A DNA stretch of 64,000 nucleotides. Source: a virus. The notes beneath the pieces were generated by a model, which ran no database searches, was not told where the DNA came from, and saw only the letters and a program-made list of their open reading frames with translations. The position numbers were made by a program, and so were the translations under genes. Each line of letters begins with the position of its first letter. Position 1 is the first letter of the stretch. The stretch is taken from the IMG/VR virus record IMGVR_UViG_3300029171_000001. One strand, written 5' to 3'. This document shows positions 59,865 to 64,000 of the stretch, one piece after another.

Positions 59865-62438
59865 TTATCCGCATTTACTTGTTCCACAAGAAGCGCATTT
59901 TAAGCACCCCTCTGAGAATATAATGCTATCTTCAGCTCCACAGTTAGAGCAATCCGCCCCTTTCAACTTAGTGCCCTCCAATATGTATTTTTTAATACTA
60001 CGTGTAACACCAGCCTTCCAGGTTGTTAGCGCTTCTTCGCCAAGATTTAAACTATCTACAAGGTTAATTACATAAGGTAGTGGCATACCATGTCTCAAAA
60101 TACCTGAGATCATTTTTGCATAATTGTGATAATCTTGATTAAACGCTTTTGAAAGTCCTTCTACAATCATTACATCGTCTGACTTATGATTAATTATAAA
60201 ATCATATCTTGATTCTCCGTCAATTTTCAATCTTCTAATCACGCCATTATCTACAGATTTTGGAATTTTAAACTCTTCTTCTTTACCAGTAAATATTTCA
60301 TAAGGTCTTCCATCAAATAACCCAACAAATGCAATCCACTTCTCGCCTTTATTTACAAATCTATGAACTTCTGCATCCAAAAATTTTGGTCTTTTAGGGG
60401 CGTGACTATCTTCAAACTGTTTTTGTTTTTCCTTTTCCTTCTTTTCAGACTCACTAATTAAAACACCACTTCTAGAACCTTCTCTGTAAACAGTAACACC
60501 TTTACATCCGCTCTTCCAACCTGTTTCATAAACTTTAGCAACTGTTTCTTCAGAAATATCTTCTGGTAAATTAACAGTGACAGAAATAGAGTGGTCAACA
60601 TGTTTTTGAACCCTCCCTTGCATCTCTACTTTTTTAACCCAATCAACATCGTTGGATGTTGCTTTGTAGTAAGGAGATTTTTTAATAATTTTTTCAATTT
60701 TCTCTTTCTTCATTGAAATAACCTCATCTACGTTATAACCATTTGCTTCAAGATAAATCAAAAACTTATGATGAAACACTGGGTATTCTTGCCAGCAATC
60801 ACCCACGCTATCAGTAAAATCTACTCTTGCGTTTTTGTCGTTAGGGTTAATCTTTCTTCTTCTCATGTACATAATCATAAACGCTGGTTCAATACCAGAT
60901 GTAGTTTGAGTAAGAATAGATACAGAACCAGTTGGGGCAATGGTTAAAATAGCAATATTTCTTCTACCATATTTTACCATGTTTTCATATAATTCAGGAT
61001 CTTCTTTTTTAATTCTAAGAATAAATGGATTATTCTTTTCTTTTTCTGAATTATAAATAGGAAACGAACCTCTTTCTTTTGCTAATTCTACAGAACTAGC
61101 GTAAGCAGCAAGTTTTAAGGTTTTATGAATTTTTTCAGCAAAATTGTTTCCCTCATCAGTTCCATAAGTAATGTTAAGAGCGGCCATCATATCACCCTCA
61201 GCAGTAACACCAAGACCAGTTCTTCTACCTTGAATACATTTATTTTTAATGTTTGTCCAAAGGTTAATTTCTGCCCTCTTAATTTCTTCATCTTCGGGAT
61301 CGCTTTTTATTTTTTCTAAAATCTTATCAATTTTTTCAAGTTCTAACTCAATAAGATCATCCATTAAGCGTTGAGCAATTTTAATGTGTTTTTTGAAAAG
61401 GTCAAAATTAAACTTGGCTTTACTGGTGAAAGGATTTTCAACATATGAATATAGATTCAAAATCAATAAACGACAAGAGTCATTTGGACACAGCGTAATT
61501 TCACCACATGGATTTGTACTTGTGGTTTTAAATCCTAAATCAGCATAACAATCTGGAATTGACTCTCTAATAATTGTGTCCCAAAATAAAACGCCTGGCT
61601 CAGCTCTTTTCCATGCATTATGAATAATTTTGTTCCAAAGAGGTTTAGCATCTATTTCCTTGGTGTACTTTGGCTTATCTGAATCAATTGGGTATTTTTG
61701 AGTAAACTTAGTTTCACTCATTGCTGCTTCCATAAAAGCATCAGCAATTCTCACAGATACATTTGCGCCAGTGACTTTTTTCTCATCCATCTTTGCGTCA
61801 ATAAAGGCTTCAGAGTCTGGGTGTACAATTGAAATAGACTCCATAAGAGCGCCCCTTCTACCATCCTGAGCAACTTCTCTAGTTGAATTAGAAAAACGCT
61901 CCATGAATGGAACCACACCTGTTGATGTGAGTGCTGAATTTTTTACTGGTGTACCCTTTGGTCTAACAAAAGAAAGATCTAAACCCACACCAGCTCTACG
62001 CTTCATAAGTTGCACCAACTCTTGATCTAGTTTTAGAATACCACCATATGAATCAGAATCTTTATCGTTTCCAATTACAAAACAATTCGACAAAGAAACA
62101 TATTGAAAATCGTTTCCGATACCTGCCATAGGACTACCCTGTGGAACAATGTATTTAAAATCTTTTATGAGATCATAAACTTCTTCCTCACTAACAGGAT
62201 TTTCAAACTTAGATTCTGCTCTTGCAAATTCTCTAGCTATTCTTCTATGCATATCGTCTGGGGTAAGTTCAAATATGTTTTCATTTGAATCTTTAAGGGC
62301 GTATTTATTCACCCAAACTTCTGCTGCCAAAGTATCTCCGTTGAAATACTTAACTGAGGCCTCAATCGCCTCTTCTCTTGTGTAAGTCTTTGTTGACTTT
62401 ACTTCTACTGTGTTATTCATCACTATATTTTGCTCCAT
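59865..62438 (-). CDS. nrdJ: class II (B12-dependent) ribonucleotide reductase
   Basis: SNCFV, TNPCGE, IAPTGS, KGVTVYR, C-terminal EGCLKCASCG. Confidence 0.96.
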   Translation of the reverse strand: MEQNIVMNNTVEVKSTKTYTREEAIEASVKYFNGDTLAAEVWVNKYALKDSNENIFELTPDDMHRRIAREFARAESKFENPVSEEEVYDLIKDFKYIVPQGSPMAGIGNDFQYVSLSNCFVIGNDKDSDSYGGILKLDQELVQLMKRRAGVGLDLSFVRPKGTPVKNSALTSTGVVPFMERFSNSTREVAQDGRRGALMESISIVHPDSEAFIDAKMDEKKVTGANVSVRIADAFMEAAMSETKFTQKYPIDSDKPKYTKEIDAKPLWNKIIHNAWKRAEPGVLFWDTIIRESIPDCYADLGFKTTSTNPCGEITLCPNDSCRLLILNLYSYVENPFTSKAKFNFDLFKKHIKIAQRLMDDLIELELEKIDKILEKIKSDPEDEEIKRAEINLWTNIKNKCIQGRRTGLGVTAEGDMMAALNITYGTDEGNNFAEKIHKTLKLAAYASSVELAKERGSFPIYNSEKEKNNPFILRIKKEDPELYENMVKYGRRNIAILTIAPTGSVSILTQTTSGIEPAFMIMYMRRRKINPNDKNARVDFTDSVGDCWQEYPVFHHKFLIYLEANGYNVDEVISMKKEKIEKIIKKSPYYKATSNDVDWVKKVEMQGRVQKHVDHSISVTVNLPEDISEETVAKVYETGWKSGCKGVTVYREGSRSGVLISESEKKEKEKQKQFEDSHAPKRPKFLDAEVHRFVNKGEKWIAFVGLFDGRPYEIFTGKEEEFKIPKSVDNGVIRRLKIDGESRYDFIINHKSDDVMIVEGLSKAFNQDYHNYAKMISGILRHGMPLPYVINLVDSLNLGEEALTTWKAGVTRSIKKYILEGTKLKGADCSNCGAEDSIIFSEGCLKCASCGTSKCG

Positions 62439-62499
62439 GTTTAAAATTTTTTAGGGGTAAAAATAAATAAAAACAAAAATTGGTTTTTTACTATTTTTT

Positions 62500-63933
62500 T
62501 TACTTTACCTTGCTCGTTAACAGTATGTCGTTGATATCTAGGTTAATATTATTTTCAGAATTTTTTTGTTTATCGGTTGCTTTTTTATTTTTCTCATTTT
62601 TTTTCGCCATTATCATACTTGGGTCTAATTGTTTAACCTCGATATGAATTTTTGATGTATTAAATTCAGCAGGTAAATGAAAACCATCCTGACCATTTCT
62701 GTTTTTAAGAATACCAATTGTAGCGGTGTTTTCTATCTTGTCATCTGGTGTTCTTCCTACGCCAACAACAACGTCTGCTGCTCTAGCATTACCCAAAGAT
62801 TCACCTATTGTTCTCAGAGAAATTTCCTCTTGGTCCATACCCTCTCTATTTGTTTGAGCTGCATTCCAAATTGGTACGTTCAATTCCACAGCCATACCAC
62901 GAATAGAAACATAGATACTATCCAAAGAATGTCTTTTTTCACTATAATTATCTGTTGGCTTTAAAAGATCTCCATAATCAATAAAAATGATATCTGGCAC
63001 AAAACCCTCATTTATTTGCAACTGTTTAGCGTGTGCCATTAAATTTGCAACAGTAGCTTGACCAGTTGGAAAACTTTTAATGTATAAGTCACCGCCAGCT
63101 TCCATTAACTCTTGAACTCTTTCTTGAATAATGTCTGTAAATTCCCAAACTTCTTTAATTGGAAGTTGATTTATACATGCGTCAAATCTGTTGCCTACCG
63201 CATTTTCAGATAACTCCAAAGTGTAATACAACACTTTTTTACCATTCATAAATGCGTTTGCTGCAAACTTTACTAGTAACATTGATTTACCTCCGCCAGT
63301 CGGTGCCAACACAATTCCCATTTCACCTGGGGACAAACCATCGCCTATATATTTATCCAAAGATGGCATAGCTGAAATAGGTTTTCTGAAATCACCCTTT
63401 AATCGTTTATGTGCATCCCTAATGTAGTTGTGCCCAGAATCTTTTGGTTCACCAGCTCTCAATGCTTCTTCGAGAGTTGATTTCATTGAATCATAGTTTT
63501 GTTTTTTCCAATCCACAACCATTTTCTTTATACAGTTTTTTATGCTTCTTTCTTTGAAGTATCTGTATATTGAATCTTTGACATGCTGCACATTATCTAC
63601 ACTAGCACTTTCAATGTTATCTATTAATCCAATAAGATGGTCTTTAGTTAAGCCCTTTTCTTTTTCATTTACAATATCTCTAAGAGTTGAGAATCTGGCT
63701 ACCTCTCTGTATTTAGAAAAAAATTTCAATTCATGATCTAACAAAATCCTTTGATAACTGTCAAAGAAATCTGGTTGAACTATATCCATTATTCTTTCAG
63801 TAAAACCACCAGTGTCTGAAATAAAAACTTTTAAAAACTTGTTTTGATAATTAACATCAAATGGCACAAGGTTATCATCTTCCAAAAAAGCATTTATTTC
63901 ATCGACATTATTTACGTGCGAATTATTTGTCAT
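62500..63933 (-). CDS. dnaB: replicative DNA helicase (DnaB/gp41-like)
   Basis: APTGGGKS, TLEL, FIDYGD, QTNREG, KNRNG. Confidence 0.9.
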   Translation of the reverse strand: MTNNSHVNNVDEINAFLEDDNLVPFDVNYQNKFLKVFISDTGGFTERIMDIVQPDFFDSYQRILLDHELKFFSKYREVARFSTLRDIVNEKEKGLTKDHLIGLIDNIESASVDNVQHVKDSIYRYFKERSIKNCIKKMVVDWKKQNYDSMKSTLEEALRAGEPKDSGHNYIRDAHKRLKGDFRKPISAMPSLDKYIGDGLSPGEMGIVLAPTGGGKSMLLVKFAANAFMNGKKVLYYTLELSENAVGNRFDACINQLPIKEVWEFTDIIQERVQELMEAGGDLYIKSFPTGQATVANLMAHAKQLQINEGFVPDIIFIDYGDLLKPTDNYSEKRHSLDSIYVSIRGMAVELNVPIWNAAQTNREGMDQEEISLRTIGESLGNARAADVVVGVGRTPDDKIENTATIGILKNRNGQDGFHLPAEFNTSKIHIEVKQLDPSMIMAKKNEKNKKATDKQKNSENNINLDINDILLTSKVK

Positions 63934-64000
63934 TATTCAAATCCCTCCAAGTTTTGGTTTTATGAACTTCGCTAATTTTTTCTTCCAACTTGACTGCCAT

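Noticed and set aside
59865-63933. Inteins or introns in nrdJ and the helicase
   Set aside because: Lengths and motif spacing are normal; no splice motifs seen

Overview
64 kb of a large AT-rich lytic phage genome (jumbo/huge-phage type), almost entirely on the minus strand. The host is probably a Bacteroidetes: there is a region-1.1-less sigma70, TAnnTTTG promoter elements, no Shine-Dalgarno sequences and an OmpA-domain gene. Core genes include dut, nrdJ, a DnaB/gp41-like helicase, UvrD, SSB, ClpC, a RadA-like ATPase, TrpRS, Pth2-like, MazG, a RelA/SpoT-type HD hydrolase, PrsW and an ABC/OmpA/PspA membrane module. There are three tRNA arrays: 198-4066 (Gly, Ala, Pro, Tyr, Asp), 28554-30503 (Trp, Arg, Ser) and 35762-36606 (Cys-like, an amber suppressor, mini-tRNAs). 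Main discovery: arrays 1 and 2 each lie behind a shared promoter, an MKTVT leader peptide and a terminator/antiterminator, and each leader's codons match the amino acids of its own array (P/A/G/Y/D; 13 consecutive R/S/W codons). This looks like translation-coupled attenuation of tRNA gene arrays. Array 3 has the same promoter type followed by ATG-TTG-TAG in frame with a Pth2-like gene, and it encodes a CUA suppressor tRNA. The arrays also hold many non-canonical tRNA architectures: two Arg tRNAs with the anticodon arm nested in the D-stem, a family of 44-48 nt mini-tRNAs, GNRA-type hairpins in D-loops, long extra arms on Ala/Pro/Trp, and C33 anticodon loops. All RNA folds were read by eye and all protein family calls come from recalled motifs; no searches were run. 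Three apparent homopolymer frameshifts suggest possible single-base assembly errors.
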